From Rebecca billardiae RCC1528 (Eukaryota; Protista; Haptophyta), in the NCBI GenBank assembly GCA_965240325.2, contig OZ251254.1, forward strand, positions 1-64,000: DNA of 64,000 nucleotides. The letters run 5' to 3'. The notes below the pieces were generated by a model. The model was not told the origin of the DNA. It searched no databases and worked only from the letters and a program-made list of their open reading frames with translations. The position numbers and the translations under genes were made by a program. Below are positions 23,003 through 36,223 of this stretch, one piece after another. Position 1 is the stretch's first letter. Each line of letters opens with the position of its first letter.

Positions 23003-24778
23003 GGCCTGTTTTATTTCTACGAGAGCCCAACGGCGACATTCGCCAAAACGCGGTAAAATGGCGGCGCTTGCCCGCTGGTGGTGCCGGCGCGAGTGCGGAG
23101 TAGTGATGGCACGTCGTTGGCGCATGTTCGTACTAGGGCGCTGAGCTGTAGCGAAGGGTGTTGCCAAGGCATGCTGCTTAGCCTTGGACCCGTTGCACGC
23201 GTGAGCGCCGAAAAAACGACACTTTGGCAGTGATAGTCATCAGCACCGTCGCCGCATCGTGGGCATGCCGCTGCCGCCGCCGGCGGCGGCAGCGGGAGCG
23301 TGGCAGCAGATCTACCACCTTCCGCGTTACGCGCTGCGTCGTGCGCGCCAGGTGGCAGGTTTCCCAGGTCCGCCGCGCGGAAGGCAGCGTGAGCGGTCGG
23401 CGAGCGCACGGAGATGAGAAGTAAGCGCGCATCGTGAGAGCTTCAGCAGCTTGCCCACGCGCTTCACGAAGGCGGTGTGGTTGCGTGCGCACGCCTTCTG
23501 TACCCGTACCCGCGATCAAAGCGTGAGCCACTCCCTAGGTCTTGCCTGCGCATCGCGGGCCGCGCCTCGTCTCCTGAATCCTCGTTCACGAGGACAGCAC
23601 GTGTATCCGTGTACGCGCTCGCGGCCGATGGCGGCTCCCCGCGTCGAGAGCCGTTTGGCTGGAGCCGCATCCAAGGGCATGTATCCTCACGGCCCCACCC
23701 GATGCTGACGCTGAGGTGGCGTGCTTGCCGAAGGTAGCCGCATTGGCTGATCTCTCTGCCTTTGGGCAACCCTTTGCAACCGCGCCGGCTCACGCTGCCA
23801 GCGCGCGCGCGGCGTGGCTTCGTGGTGGACACCTGCCCTGGGTTTTGTCGTTCGTTCTCAGCGACGGTTGGGTCGATTGACATGCGGATTGGATTGGTGC
23901 ATTGCGAATCGGCTTCGCAATGCACCATTGCGCTCGGATCGGCGCGGACGTCAGCCATGCGGCAGCGCGAGCGACAAAACCGCGAGATTTCATACGCTTG
24001 TCGTTTTTTCATACGCTCACGGTTACTCACCCGTGCAACGGGTCCTTGCCATGGTGCTTCGCCATGACACAGAGGTCACTCGCAGCGCACGGCGGTGTGA
24101 CGATCGCCGCGCCGCGGCGGCAAACCGAGTTGCGGGCGCGCTGCGAGCTGCAAGCACTCTGCCTTGGCTGCGTCGCGCCCGTGTCAGTTGGTGAACCAAG
24201 ACTGTTGAACGACAGACGGACTGCAAACGATACCAGCTCCACTCGCTCCGCCGCCCCTTCCTTGTCGAGCGTGAGATGTTTCCGTTGCGTGCGCTCGCAC
24301 TGCAGCCTGCATTTGAACGTGGTCACGGCAGGTTGGTGGGCTGGTTGCTCAGGCCTCCTCGGCGTGGATGACGGTAAAGTGCGTACCGTGCGCACCCATG
24401 ACGCGCGGAAAGGCCGTGCACACGCGTCCTCGCGCATCTGGCAGGCTGCAGTCTTGGCCAAGATGATGACTAGAACAAGCCTGCCAGTGCCTCGCCACGC
24501 GGGCGCGAGTGCGCAGAGAGATCTGGCTTCTGACCCGTGCTCTTCAGTGTACCTCGTGTGCGACGACGACGAGGCGGACGAGCGCCGCAACTGGATTCGT
24601 GCACTCACCGGTCACCGAGGAGTGCACGAATCGCATTCCTCACGCACGTGGGGGCCGCCATCGGCCGTGAGAGGTACTCACTGAACGGGGCGTGACACCG
24701 ATTCCCACTGGCGGGCACGGGTTTGTCGCCGTGACATATAGTAATAAATGGAATCTGGTAGCAGAAATAAAACAGGCC
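23003..24778. mobile_element. Non-autonomous TIR DNA transposon, PIF/Harbinger-like
   Basis: GGCCTGTTTTATTTCT (23003-23018) is inverted at 24763-24778, with an inner ACGGCGACA/TGTCGCCGT pair; no intact transposase seen; TSD unclear. Confidence 0.7.
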
Positions 24779-24965
24779 TATATACTATACGCGATACTAT
24801 ATTTATAATAATATATATATATATAAGTACGACCGGGACGACGACATATTTAATATATTGTCGTCTGCTACTACTACTGGCATACGCGTATAACAGTAGT
24901 ACTCAGCAGTAGTCAGTAGACACCGCCACCGGACCGGCCCCGAGCCCTGCGCCGCAGCGCTCCCC

Positions 24966-27127
24966 TCACGGCAGCAGCCGGCGGCCGGGCAGCGCGGGCG
25001 AGGCGGACGGCCGGCGCGCGCCCGCCGGCGCCGTCGACACGTCGCGCGGCGGCGGCGCGGCGGCGGCGGGCGCGGCGGCGGGCTCGGCGGTGGGCAGCCG
25101 CATCGGCGGCGGCAGGCCGGCGGCGGGGAGCGGCGGCGGGCGGCGCGCGGCGGCGTTGGCGCCGACGCGCGCGCCGCGCACGACGGGGGGCTCGGCCGCC
25201 TCGCTGTCCGAGCCGCCGCTGCTCGCGCCCCACGCGCCGCCGCCGCCGGGCGGCGGCCGGCCGCGCCGCGCCGCGGCGACGCCCGCGCCCGCGGCGCGCG
25301 GCGCGCGCGCGGCGCGCTGCGCGGCGCGCTGCGCGGCCGTCGCGAGCGGCACGCGCGGCAGCGCGGGCGCGACGCGCACCACGGCCTCGAGGGCCGCGCG
25401 CAGGGCCGCCTGCTCCTGCGCGCGCAGCGCGTCGCGCCGCACCGCCCAGCGCGCCTGCTGCGCCGCGCGCATGGCGTCCAGCCGCTTCAGCATGGCTGCC
25501 GCGTCGCCGCCGATCGGCAGCGCGGTCAGGTGCGCGCGCACGTGCTCCAGCCGCTTCTGCGAGGGGGCGGGTGTAGGGTGAGGGTTAGGGTTAGGGTAGG
25601 GTAGGCGCGCGGGTGAGTGCGTAGGGCGGAAGGGGCGCGTGGCGGGGCGCGTGCTGCGGCCGGCGGGCTGAGCGGGGGAGTGGGTGGGGCGGCGGCCATG
25701 CTGACTGGATCAGCATGGCGGCCGCTGCACTCACGCACCTGGTAGGCCAGCTGGTGCAGCCCCGCGCCCACGCGCGCCTCGCGCGCGCGCTGCGACTGGC
25801 GCACGGCCATCGTCGCGCGCCAGTGCACGTCCGCCTCGCCCGGCGTGACCGAGCGCACCGACGCCAGCGTCTGCGCCAGGTGCACCTCCAGCTGGCGGTT
25901 GCTGCGCAGTCGCAACCGGCGCGCGGCGCGCGCGCGCAATGGCGGCGGTGAGTCGCGGTGCGGCGCGCACCACACGCGCAAGCGCGCGCGCGCGCCACGC
26001 ACCGCGTGTTCAGCGCGCGCATCAACTCGTCGCCATTCGCCGCCAGCAGCGCGAGCTGCTCGGGCGTCAGCCCGCGCGGCCGCGCGCGCTCCTCGTCCGC
26101 GTCCGCGCGCGCGCCGTCGAGCTGGGCGTAGACCGCCTGCAGGCGCGAGTCGAGCTCGGCCTCGGTGCGCGCGCGCGCGTACCCCGCCGCGCCGGCGGCG
26201 TCCGCCGCCGCCGCGCCCACCAGCTCGACGAGAGCGCGCGCGGCGCGCGTCGCCTCGAGCGCCGCCACCGTCGCGACGCGCTGCGCGCCGACGACGCGCG
26301 CGCGCGCGGCGGGCACGTCGGCCGGTGCGCCGTCGGACGCGGCGGCGTCGGCGCGCGCCATCGCGGCGTCGACGGCGGCGAGCGCGAGGCGCACCTCCGC
26401 CTCCGCGCTCTCGAGCGGCGGCGGGTCCGACGGGTTCCGTCCGCGCGCGCGCGCCGCCACCGCGGCCTCGGCCGCGCCGCCGCGCGTCGCGAGCCGCGCC
26501 GCGCCGTCGGCGAGCTCGGCTAGCAGTTGGGCGCCGCGCTCGGCGCGGAGCTGGAGCGCGGCGGTGGCGGGCATGGGCACGACGACGGGCGGGCGCGCGG
26601 GCGGCGCCGCCTCGTCGTCGCCCGCCTCCTCCGCGGTGGACGCCGCCGCCGCCACCGCCGCCACCAGCGCGCGCGCGCTCGCCACCCCCGCGACGAGCGC
26701 AAGCCGCGCGCCCTCCGCCGTGACGGCCGCGGCGTGCGCAGAGTCGCGCGCGAACGAGTCGAGCGCGGCGGCGGCGGCGGCGTCGGACTCGCGCGGCGCG
26801 GAGCGCGGGCGCGGCGCGGCGGCGTTGGACGAGCGCCGCGCGGAGAACCCGCCGCCGAGGCTCGACTTGCGCGAGCCCGGTCGGCTGCGCGTCGGCGACG
26901 GCGACACGGCGGCGGCGGCGGCGTCCGCGCCGCGCGCGGGCGAGGGCGGCGCGGCGAGAGCGAGGCGGTCGTCAAGGCCGAGGGTGGCGGCGTCGTCGGC
27001 GTCGGAGGAGGCGGAGGAGGCGGCGGGCGCGGGCTCGGCCGCCGCCACCTGCACCGGAGGCGGCGGGCCGCGCGCCGCCGCCGCCGGCTGCGGCTGCGGC
27101 GCGGCGGCGGCGGGCGCGGCCGGCGGC

Positions 27128-27161
<34 letters not shown>

Positions 27162-28467
27162 GCCGCCCGCCGTCGGCGGCGCCCATGCCGGTGCCGCGCT
27201 CGACGCGGCGCTCCGCGCGCGCGGCGTCCTCGCTCGCGCGCGCCTCCAGGTCCGCCTCGAGCGCGCCGATCCGCCCCTTGAACCGCTCCATCCGCTCCTC
27301 CTGCCCGCGCCGCTCGGCGGTAATCCGCTCGAGCGCCGCCGACACTGTCGCGCGGTGGCGCGCCTCGGCCGCGTTGGCGGCGCGCTCGGCGTCGAGCGTC
27401 GCGCGCGTGTCGGCGAGGAGCTGGCGGAGGCGCGCGGCGTCGGCCTTGTGCCGCTCGCCCTCGTCCGCGCGCGTGCGCAGCGCGTTCGCCGCGCGCGCCG
27501 CGTTCGCGAGGTCGCGCGCCACCGCATTATACACGTCGCGAGGCACCGCCGCCAGCTTCTGCGCCGCCTCGCGCTTGGCGGCGGCCGGCCCGCGCGGCGC
27601 GTCGAGCGGCGCGCCGCGCTCGAGGGCGGCGCGCGCCGCGGCGGCCTTGGCGACGTCGGCGACGGAGGGGGCGGCGCCGGCGGCGCTCGGGCGCGGCTGC
27701 TGCTGCCCCTGCGACGCGCCGCGCCTCGCCACGCCGCCGCCGCCGCCGCCCGCGCCGCCGGGCCCGCCGGGCCCCGACTTGGCGGCGCGAGACAGCCGCC
27801 CAGCCTTGGGTGCGCCGCCGGCCGCGCCGCCGGCCGCGCCCGCCTCCACGCGTCGGGCGGCGCGCACCGCGGCGGCGGCCTTGCCGAGCGAGGGTCGCGG
27901 CTGCGGCGGCTGCTGGGCCTTCTTGGCCGGCGGCGGCGCCGTCGACGTCGCCGACTGCCCGAGCGAGTGCAGCGAGCGCTGCGCCTCCGCCGCCACCTCG
28001 GCCGCGGCCGCGGCGGCCGCCGTCGCGTCCGCGTTGGCCGCGGCCGCGGCCGCGGCCGCGGCCGCCGCCGGCTTACCAAACGAGCCGGGCTGCGAGGCGG
28101 GCTTGGCGGAGGCGGAGGTGCGGCCGGCGGCGCCCTTGCGCGAGGCCTTGGCGGGCGGCGAGGGCGGCGCGGGCTCCGCGGCGGCCGGCGGCGCGGCGGG
28201 CGCGGCGGCGGGCGCGGCGTCCGCGTCCGCGTCCGCGTCCGCGTCGGCGTCGGCGGCGGGCGCGAGCGCGGCCGCCGCCGCGTCCGCCGCCGCGTCCGCG
28301 TCGGCGCCGGCGCCGCTCGCGGCGGCGAGCGCGGCGGTGGCGGCGGCCTCGGCGTCGTCCTCCGCGTCGGCCGGCGCGGCCGCCGCCGCCTCCTCCCACG
28401 GCGCCTCGCCGCGCGCGAGCGCGCCCAGCACGCCCGCGCCCGCGCGCCGCCACGCCGCGCGCATCCA

Positions 28468-28500
<33 letters not shown>

Positions 28501-28693
28501 CGCCTCGGCCGCCGCTGTGATCTCGCGCGCCGCGACCGACGCGGCCTGAAGCGCCTCGAGCATCTTCGCGGCGGCGAGCGGCTCGAAGGCGTGCTCCTCG
28601 GGAGCGCCGAGCATCGCGCGCACGTCCAGCTCGCGCAGCTCGAGCCGCAGCGCGTCGCCAGGCCCAAAGTCCGCGCCTGTCGCCGCCGCGCCC

Positions 28694-28745
<52 letters not shown>

Positions 28746-30072
28746 CGGCGTCGGCGTCGGCGTCGGCAGCATACAGCAGTGCGCGCGCGCCGTAGAGCGC
28801 GGCGCGCGCGGCGGTGTGGGCGTAGCCGCCGGCGGAGGCGTGGAGCTCGTCCTCGAGCGCGGCGGACTCCGCCTCGTCGAGCAGCTGCCACGCGTCCCCC
28901 GCCGCCGCCGCGCGCGCCATCTCGACCGCGCTCGCGCCCGCGGCCGCGCCCGCCTCGGCCGCGCCGTCCGGCGGCGCCGGCGGCAGCCGCAGCACGCGCG
29001 CGCGCACCGTCGCGCGGCGGTACTCGGGGTCGACCTCGAGGGTGAGCGGCTCGGCCTTGGACTCGAGCGTGACGCGCCAGCGCGCGGCCCACGCCTCCTC
29101 GCCCGCGCCCTCGCCCTCCGCCGGCGCCGCCAGCTCGTCCGCGTCCGACAGCGCGGCCGCCCGCACCACGGACCGCAGCCGCGCCAAAAACGCGCCGACG
29201 GCCACGGCGCCCGCGGCCGCGTCGGCGGCCGCGTCCGCCGCCGCGCCCTCCGCCGCCATCTCGGCGGGGCGGAGCTCGAGGACGAGCGGGCCGTCCTCCT
29301 CCTCCTCGCCCTCCCCGTCCCCCTCGCCCTCCGACACGCCGCCGAGCGAGCTCCGCCCGCTCGGCGCCGTCCCAGCCGACGAGCGCCCGACGCCGGAGCG
29401 GCGGCGGCGGCGCGCGACAAAGCGATCGCGCACGAGCGCGGCTTCGGCGGTGGCGGCGGCGTCGGCCTCCATCTCGGCCTGGCGCTGCGCGATGGCCTCG
29501 GCGGCCTCGCGCCGCGCGCGCGCCTCCAGCCCCGCGAGCAGCGCCGGCAGCGCGCCCAGCCGCTCCACCGCCGCGCCCAGCCGCGCCTCGAGCGCGCTCA
29601 GCCGCGCGTCGGCGCGCGCGCGCAGCGCGCGCGCGGCCGCGTCGACCGCGCCGCCGGCGCCCGCGCCCTCGCGCGCCGTCTCGCGGACGGCGGCGATGCC
29701 GGCGGAGAGCGCGGCCTCGGCGGCGAGCAGCGCGCGCTCCGCCGCGTCCTTCTCCGCCTGCGCGTGCGACGCGCGCATCCCCTCCATCGCCGCCTGCGCC
29801 TCCGCCAGCCCCGCCTCCTTCGCGCGCAGCTGCCATTCCGCAGACTCCTGCGCCGCCACGGCCGCGGCCGCGCGTTGCTCGGCCACGGCCCGTTCCATTT
29901 GAAGCCGCTCGGAGCGCTGCTCGGCGAGGTCGAGCGACTCCTGCACGAGGGCGAGCGCGCCCTCCGCCGCCGCGCCGGACGAGCGCGTCGACGCGCCCCG
30001 CGAGCCCACGCCGCCGCCGCCGGCCGGCACGCCCAGCCGGCGCGCGCCGCCCGCAGGCGAGCCCGCCGCCGA

Positions 30073-30109
<37 letters not shown>

Positions 30110-32565
30110 ACACCGCCGCCGTCGGCGCGGCCGCTGACGCTGGCGCGGCCGGCGCGGACGCCGGCGGGGCGGTCGGCGCCACCGTCGGCGGCGGCGCGCG
30201 CCTCGAGGAGCCCGCCCGCGAGGCCCAGCCGCGACGCCGCCGCGTCCAGCCGCGCCGACAGCCCGTCCAGACGCGCCGACAGCCGCTGCGCCGCGCCCTC
30301 CGCCTCGCGCCGCGCGTGCGCCGAAATCGCTTTGAGCGCGTGTGTGACACGCCATGCGGGCAGCGCGCTCCCGCCGGCGGTGGCGGCGGCGCCGAGGCCA
30401 GGCGGCGGCTGCGCGGCGGCGGCGTCGAAGAGCGCCACCGGAGCGCCGCCGCCGCCGCCGCCCGCGGCGGGCGCGCCGCCGGCTGCCGCGGGCGCGGGCG
30501 CGGGCGCCGCGCCGCCGCGCGTCGGCGGCGCGTCGGCGGCGGCGCCGCCGCCCGCGCCCGGCGCGGCCGCGTCCGCGTCCGCGCCGCCGCGCGCCGCGCC
30601 GTCCGCGTCGGCGAGCGCGCCGGCGAGCGCGCCCACCGTCGCCTTGAGTCGGAACTCGGCGCGCCTCGCCGCGCGCTCCGCCGCCGCCGCCGCGCCGTCG
30701 CGCTCGGCCGTCAGCTGGCGGTCGGCCGCGCGCAGCGCGGTCGCCGCCACGCGGCGCAACACTTCGGACTCGGCCGCGGCGCGCGCGAGCGCGCCCGCGA
30801 GCGACGCGCGCTCGGCGAGGGCGGCGTCGAGCGCCGCGCCCATCTCGGTGCGCAGCCGCGCGCGCTCCACGTCCGACGCCGCGCCGAGCGCGCGCGCGTG
30901 CAGCTCGGACAGCCGCTCTATGCGACCTTTCTTGGAAACTTCCAGTCGGTGCACCGCCGCCGCGTACTGCGCGGGCGGCAGCTTGTCGAGCGATGGCGGC
31001 GCATCCGGGTCCGGGCCGCCGAGTCCGGGAGGTCGGCGGCTGCCGCGGCGCGCGGCGCGCGCGCCGCCGCCGCCGGCCTCGTCCTCCTCGTCCTCCTCGT
31101 CCTCGTCCTCCTCCTCCTCCTCGTCGTCGTCGTCGTCGTCGTCGTCCGAACCGGCCGAGTCGGCGGCGGCGGCGGCGGCGGCGGCGCGCGACTTTGCGGC
31201 GGCGGCGACGGCGGCGGCCGAGGGCACGGTGCGCGAGGCGCGGCGCTGCGCGGCGGTGGAGGCGGCTGCGGCGGCCTCCTCGCGCCGCGCCTTGCGCCGC
31301 GCCTTCCGCTCCAGCTTCGCCTCCAGCTGCAGCAGCTCCGCGTAGATTCCTTCCTCCCACGCCAGCGACGCGCGCACGCCTTCCATCGCCGCGTCGCGCT
31401 GCAGCGAGCGCGCTTCGATGTCGCCGACGCGGCGGAGGAGGCGCGCCTTGCGCCACTCGGAGAGCTCGGCGGCGCCGGCGACGCCGTCGGCGAGGGCCTG
31501 GCGCAGCCGCCGCCCGCCCAGGATCTCGCCGCCCTCCGCGCCGCCCACGCCGCCGCCGCCGCCGCCGCCGAGCAGCGCGTCGTCGGAATCGTAATCGTCC
31601 GAATCAAAGTCGGCGCCCGGGAGTCCGGAGAATCCGGGCAGTCCGGGCAGTCCGGGCGGTCCGGGGAGGCCGTCGGCGTCGGCGGCGGGCGCGTCGGCGG
31701 GGTGCTCGTCGTCGTCGCCCAGCGCGGCGGAGAGCGGCGCCGACGGGTCGTACGCCGCCTCCGCGCCGCCGTCGCCGCCGCGCGCCGGCGTGCCGTCGAT
31801 GCGTCGCATGAGCATGCCCACGCGCCGCAGCGTGTGCGCGAGCTCGCGCCGCGCCGCGTCCTCCTCCTGTCCGGGCGTGAGGCCGCCGGACTCGGCGAGG
31901 AGGCGCTCGCGCTCGAGCCGCGCCGCCTCGTCGCGCTCCGCCGCGGTGAGCGCGAGCGGCCCGTGCTGCCGCGCGCCGCCCACGCCCGAGCCGCCGCCGC
32001 CGGCGCGCGCGCCGCCGCCGGCGCGGCCGGCTCGCGACGCGCGCAGCGAGCGGCGCGCGAGCTGCGGCGAGCCGCCGGACGAGGGCGGCGGCGCGTCGTC
32101 GTCGTCGGAGGGCCCGCTCGCGTCGAGCTCGTTCGCCGAGCCCGACGGCCGCGCGCCGCGCCCGCGCCCGCCGCCGCTCCGCGCCGACGACGGGCGCGCC
32201 TCGCCAGCGCTCGGCGGGCGCGCGGCGCGCTCGAGCGCGCGCCGCCGCTCGGCCGCCGAGGTGGTGGGGCGCGGCGGCGGGACGGAGGGCGGGGTGGGCG
32301 GGCGGGGCGGCGCGCCGGGGAACGCAAAGGGCGACGCGTCGCCGCGCTGCAGGCTCGCCAGCGCGCCCGGCGCCGGCACCACGCCGGGCGGCAGCGCGCG
32401 CAGCTCGGATGGCAGCCGCCGGCCGCCGCCGCCGCCGCCGCCCGCCGGCTGGCCGAGCCCGGCGCGGAGCTGCTTGCGCAGCTTGGCGGGGACGGCGGTG
32501 CTGGTGGAGACGCCGCGCATCCCGCCGCCGTGCATGCGGAAGTACACGTCCTGCGACAGGCTCAT
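24966..32565 (-). CDS. Giant low-complexity coiled-coil protein (~2438 aa); exons 32565-26003, 25901-25739, 25556-24966
   Basis: ATG at MSLSQDVYFRMHGG; long Ala/Glu/Arg heptad segments; phase-compatible GT-AG junctions; function unknown. Confidence 0.75.
25570..25605 (+). repeat. Interstitial telomere-like repeat in an intron
   Basis: TAGGGTGAGGGTTAGGGTTAGGGTAGGGTAGG. Confidence 0.8.
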
Positions 32566-32781
32566 CCTCGCCGCTGCCCCCGCGCGGCGGCCGCGAGGCC
32601 GTTTCACCGGAGACGACTCCGCCTGGGACAGGCGGCAATGACGAAGCACGATGGCGGTCGCCCGGACTCGACCACCCGCCCAATGGTTGGGTCCGGGAAG
32701 GCTGGGCGCGCGCCTCTGTCCGGTGCGCAGCAGGTCCTCGTCGCCAAGCACACACGGCGCTTTCGCTTGGGAGCGGGCGCC

Positions 32782-33402
32782 ATGGCTAAGGTGCGCCGCC
32801 CCGCAAGCACGGGGCCCGCCGCCGCGCCGGCCGAAGGGGCGAGCGGCCGGCGGCACGGCCGCGCGCCCGCCCCATCGGGCCGACGACACCCCTCGCCCGC
32901 CGTTCCTCCCACGCCCGCGCTCGCGCTCACGCCGCGCCGCGCCGCGCCGCGCGCCGGCTGAACCCCTCAGGTCACGGAGCGCAGCGGGCTGGCGATCGGC
33001 AAGCTGCGGGGGCACAAGACGACGAAGCGCGAGATCGCGGCGTCGCACCAGGCGCGGAAGGGCAAGCGCACAAAGGGCGTCACATTGGTCAAGGACATTG
33101 TCCGCGAGGTGCGACGGGCGGCCCCGCCCGGCCGCGAGCTGTGAGGCGAGCCGCGGCGCTGCCGGCCGCCGGCGCGCGCGCTCACGGCCGGCGGTTGCGC
33201 GCTCCGCGCGCGCTGCGTGCGCGGCGCCGCGCAGGTGGCCGGGTACGCGCCGTACGAGCGCCGGCTGCAGGAGCTCCTCAAGGTGGGCAAGGAGAAGCGC
33301 GCGCTCAAGCTCGCCAAGAAGAAGCTCGGCTCGCACAAGCGCGGCAAGGCCAAGCGCGAAGAGATGGCCAACGTCCTGCGCGCGTCGCGCGCGCACAAGT
33401 AA
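32782..33402 (+). CDS. RPL36: 60S ribosomal protein L36 (eL36); exons 32782-32790, 32971-33108, 33235-33402
   Basis: [83 protein letters not shown]. Confidence 0.97.
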
Positions 33403-33984
33403 GGCGCGAGTGGGCGGCGCGCGGGGTGCTGCCCGCGGCCGCTCGCCGTGCTGCTCGAAGGCGCGAGTCCGGTCTGCTCGTCCGAGTCGCACGCTCCGGG
33501 GCGTCGAGCTGACCGATTGGGACTTGGGGGCGAGGCGTCAGCCTGAGCGGCCGCGCCGGGCCGTGACTGACGCCGCGCCGCTGGGCGGCCGAGTGCGGGA
33601 ATAAACTGAAGCGCGGTGTCAGGGGCGCCGGACGGCCGGGGCCACACTCGAGCGGAGTGCTGTCCGATGAGAACGTCGCGCCGCGAGCTGCACGACGGAC
33701 GTCGTCGGACGCGTCACTGACATATTCTCTCAGTATGATGCTGACAACTATACGACATCAGTAACTAGTAAGCGGCTCCTAGCTGGGCTTAGTGGCGGAA
33801 AAGCCGAAAAGGCGAAGGGCAAAGGCGACGGTTCCGCGAACTGGCGGCTGCCATCGATCGCCCTGCTCGGCTGGAGGCGCCTCTCACGTCCGCTGCCCCC
33901 GCCGGGGGCCTGCCGAGCAGCACACGCGCGCGCGGCGCCGCCGCCCACACCGCCGCCTCGGCCCGCCGCGGCCCGCGCGAGCGC

Positions 33985-35517
33985 ATGTCGTTCCTCTTCG
34001 GCAAGCAGAAGACGCCGGCTGGTGCGCCTCCGCCCGCCGCCGCGCGCGCCCGCGCGCACGGCCGCCGCGCGCCGCGCCGACCGGCCGCGCGCATCGCGCC
34101 GCGCCGCGCCGCGCCGCGCCGCGCCGCGCGCAGAGCGGCTGAAGGAGTACAAGCGCGCGATCGACCGGTCGGTGCGCGACCTGGACCGCGAGCGCGCCAA
34201 CCTCGAGAAGCAGGAGAAGCGCCTCGTCGCCGACATCCGCAAGGAGGCCAACGCCGGCCGGATGGACACGGCGCGGCTGATGGCGAAGGACCTCGTGAGA
34301 ACGCGCCACCACGTGCAGAAGTTCCACAAGCTGCGCGGGCACCTGCAGGCGGTGGGCCTGCGGCTGCAGACGCTGCAGTCCAACGCGCAGATGGCGCAGG
34401 CGATGCGCGGCGTCACGCGCGCCATGGTCCAGATGAACCGCCAGATGAATATTCCGCAGATGCAGAAGGTGAGTAGCGTGAGTAGCCGGCCGGCCAATCA
34501 CAGCGCGGCGTGCTCCTCCCCGCCGGGGGTCGCGGCGCCGAGCGGCCGAGCGGCGCCCCGGCCCTCCGGCTCGGTGCCCCGCGGCCCCTCCCGCGCGACG
34601 GTCGCCATCGGCGCTCAAGCGCACACGCACACACACAAACGCGCACACACACACACGCACACACACGCACACGCACGCACACACGCACACACGCACGCAC
34701 ACACGCACACACGCACACACGCACGCACACACGCACGTGTCACGCGCGTGTGTGTGCGTGTGCGTGCGTGCTGCCAACTGCCGCCGCCGCTCCTGCCTGC
34801 CCACTGCGGCACCGCCCCGTGCGCAGGTGATGATGGAGTTCGAGAAACAGACAGACCAGATGGAGATGAAGGAGGAGATGATGGGAGATTCTATTGACGA
34901 CGCGTTTGAAGAAGAGGACGAGGAGGAGGAGGGCGACGCGCTCGTCTCACAGGTGCGCACGCACGCGCGAGATTGCGATCTCGGCACAGCGCGGGGGGCG
35001 CGCGCGCATGGCGGGAGATTGCAATCTCGGCTGACTGGCAGGGCGAGATCGACCGGCTGACCGACCGGCCGCGGCACACGCGCGCGAGCGGCGAGAGCCG
35101 AGAGCGCGGCGCGACCGGCCGCGGCGCACCGCCGCGTCAGCGCACCGCCGAGCGCGCCACGGCCGCGCACGCCTGCCTGCCGGCTGCCGCGCTGCGCCCG
35201 CCATCCTGCCCTTTTACATTTCTTTTACGCATTTCTTATTTGTGTATTGGTTGCCCCTGCTTTTTGCCTTTTTGGGTGCGCAGGTGCTGGACGAGATCGG
35301 GATCTCGATGAACCAGCAGCTGGCGGACGTGCCCGCCGCGCAGCCCGCGGCCAAGGTGGCGGAGCAGCCCGCCGCCGCCCTCGAGGGCGCAGTCGGCGCT
35401 GGCTCCGGCCCCGTGCCGGCGGGCGGCGGCGGCGGCGGCGGCGGGGGGGCTGAGGAGGGCGCGTCAGACCTCGACCGCGAGCTGCAGGCGCGGCTGGACA
35501 ACCTGCGCAAGAGCTGA
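33985..35517 (+). CDS. VPS2: ESCRT-III subunit Vps2/CHMP2A, 4 exons
   Basis: [11 protein letters not shown]; [15 protein letters not shown]; [19 protein letters not shown]; [21 protein letters not shown]; VLDEIG; C-terminal [16 protein letters not shown]. Confidence 0.96.
34620..34770. repeat. Intronic (CA)/(CACG) microsatellite followed by its inverted (GT) form
   Basis: Directly visible in VPS2 intron 2. Confidence 0.85.
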
Positions 35518-36223
35518 GCCTGCGCGCGCCAGCACGCCGCGCCACCCGCCGCGCCCCGCGCCGCGCGTGCCTGCCGCCGCGGCCAACCACCTGCGCGAAG
35601 CGCGCCGAGCGCGGCTGCTGCTTGCGGCGCGGAGCGGCGCGCGCTGCGGGCGCGCGCGCGCGCGGCCGCGCCCGATGCCTACCCGCCGGACGCCGCCCGG
35701 ACGAGTCGAGCGGCCCCGCCGGCACACACACTCACGCCGCCGCCTGATGCCGCCTGTGCTGGGCGTCGGTGGGAGTATGGGGCGGCGCGGGCCGCCCGTG
35801 CGGACGGCGCGTCGGCGTCGTCACAGCGCCCGCCTGACGCTGCCAGTCTGACCGACTGACGACGATGGCGCATCATCAGCATGCTGCGCTGACGATGCTC
35901 GTCTTCATCATGGTATGCGCATATATATATATGATACATCATATATATCATCGTCAGCGTCACGATATATATAGACTCGGGGGCCGATCTCAGACGATGA
36001 CTAGTGACGACTGCTACAGGGCGCACTCGGCACTCAACAGCAAGGCTGCTCAGCGATCGGCATCGCAGTGGCCAGTGCTCGGAAGCAGGCTGCGCCCCAC
36101 GCCTGGCCCTGGCGCGGCTCCGAGCTCGGGCGCAGCAGGTGCCGGGCGCGCGCGAGCTGCGCCGCTGAGTGCTGCATGCGCTCATTGTTCAAGCCATCAG
36201 AGTCACGACGGCTACTGTCGCTC

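Noticed and set aside
26520-32961. Very long overlapping ORFs on both strands (e.g. 2144 aa, 1127 aa, 966 aa)
   Set aside because: Arg/Ala/Gly-rich shadow frames caused by stop-codon scarcity; no domains
25591-33492. 2633-aa ORF as listed
   Set aside because: Its first ~309 codons are antisense to RPL36 and the shared promoter, and its end runs into an intron; the real gene is likely 32565-24966, spliced
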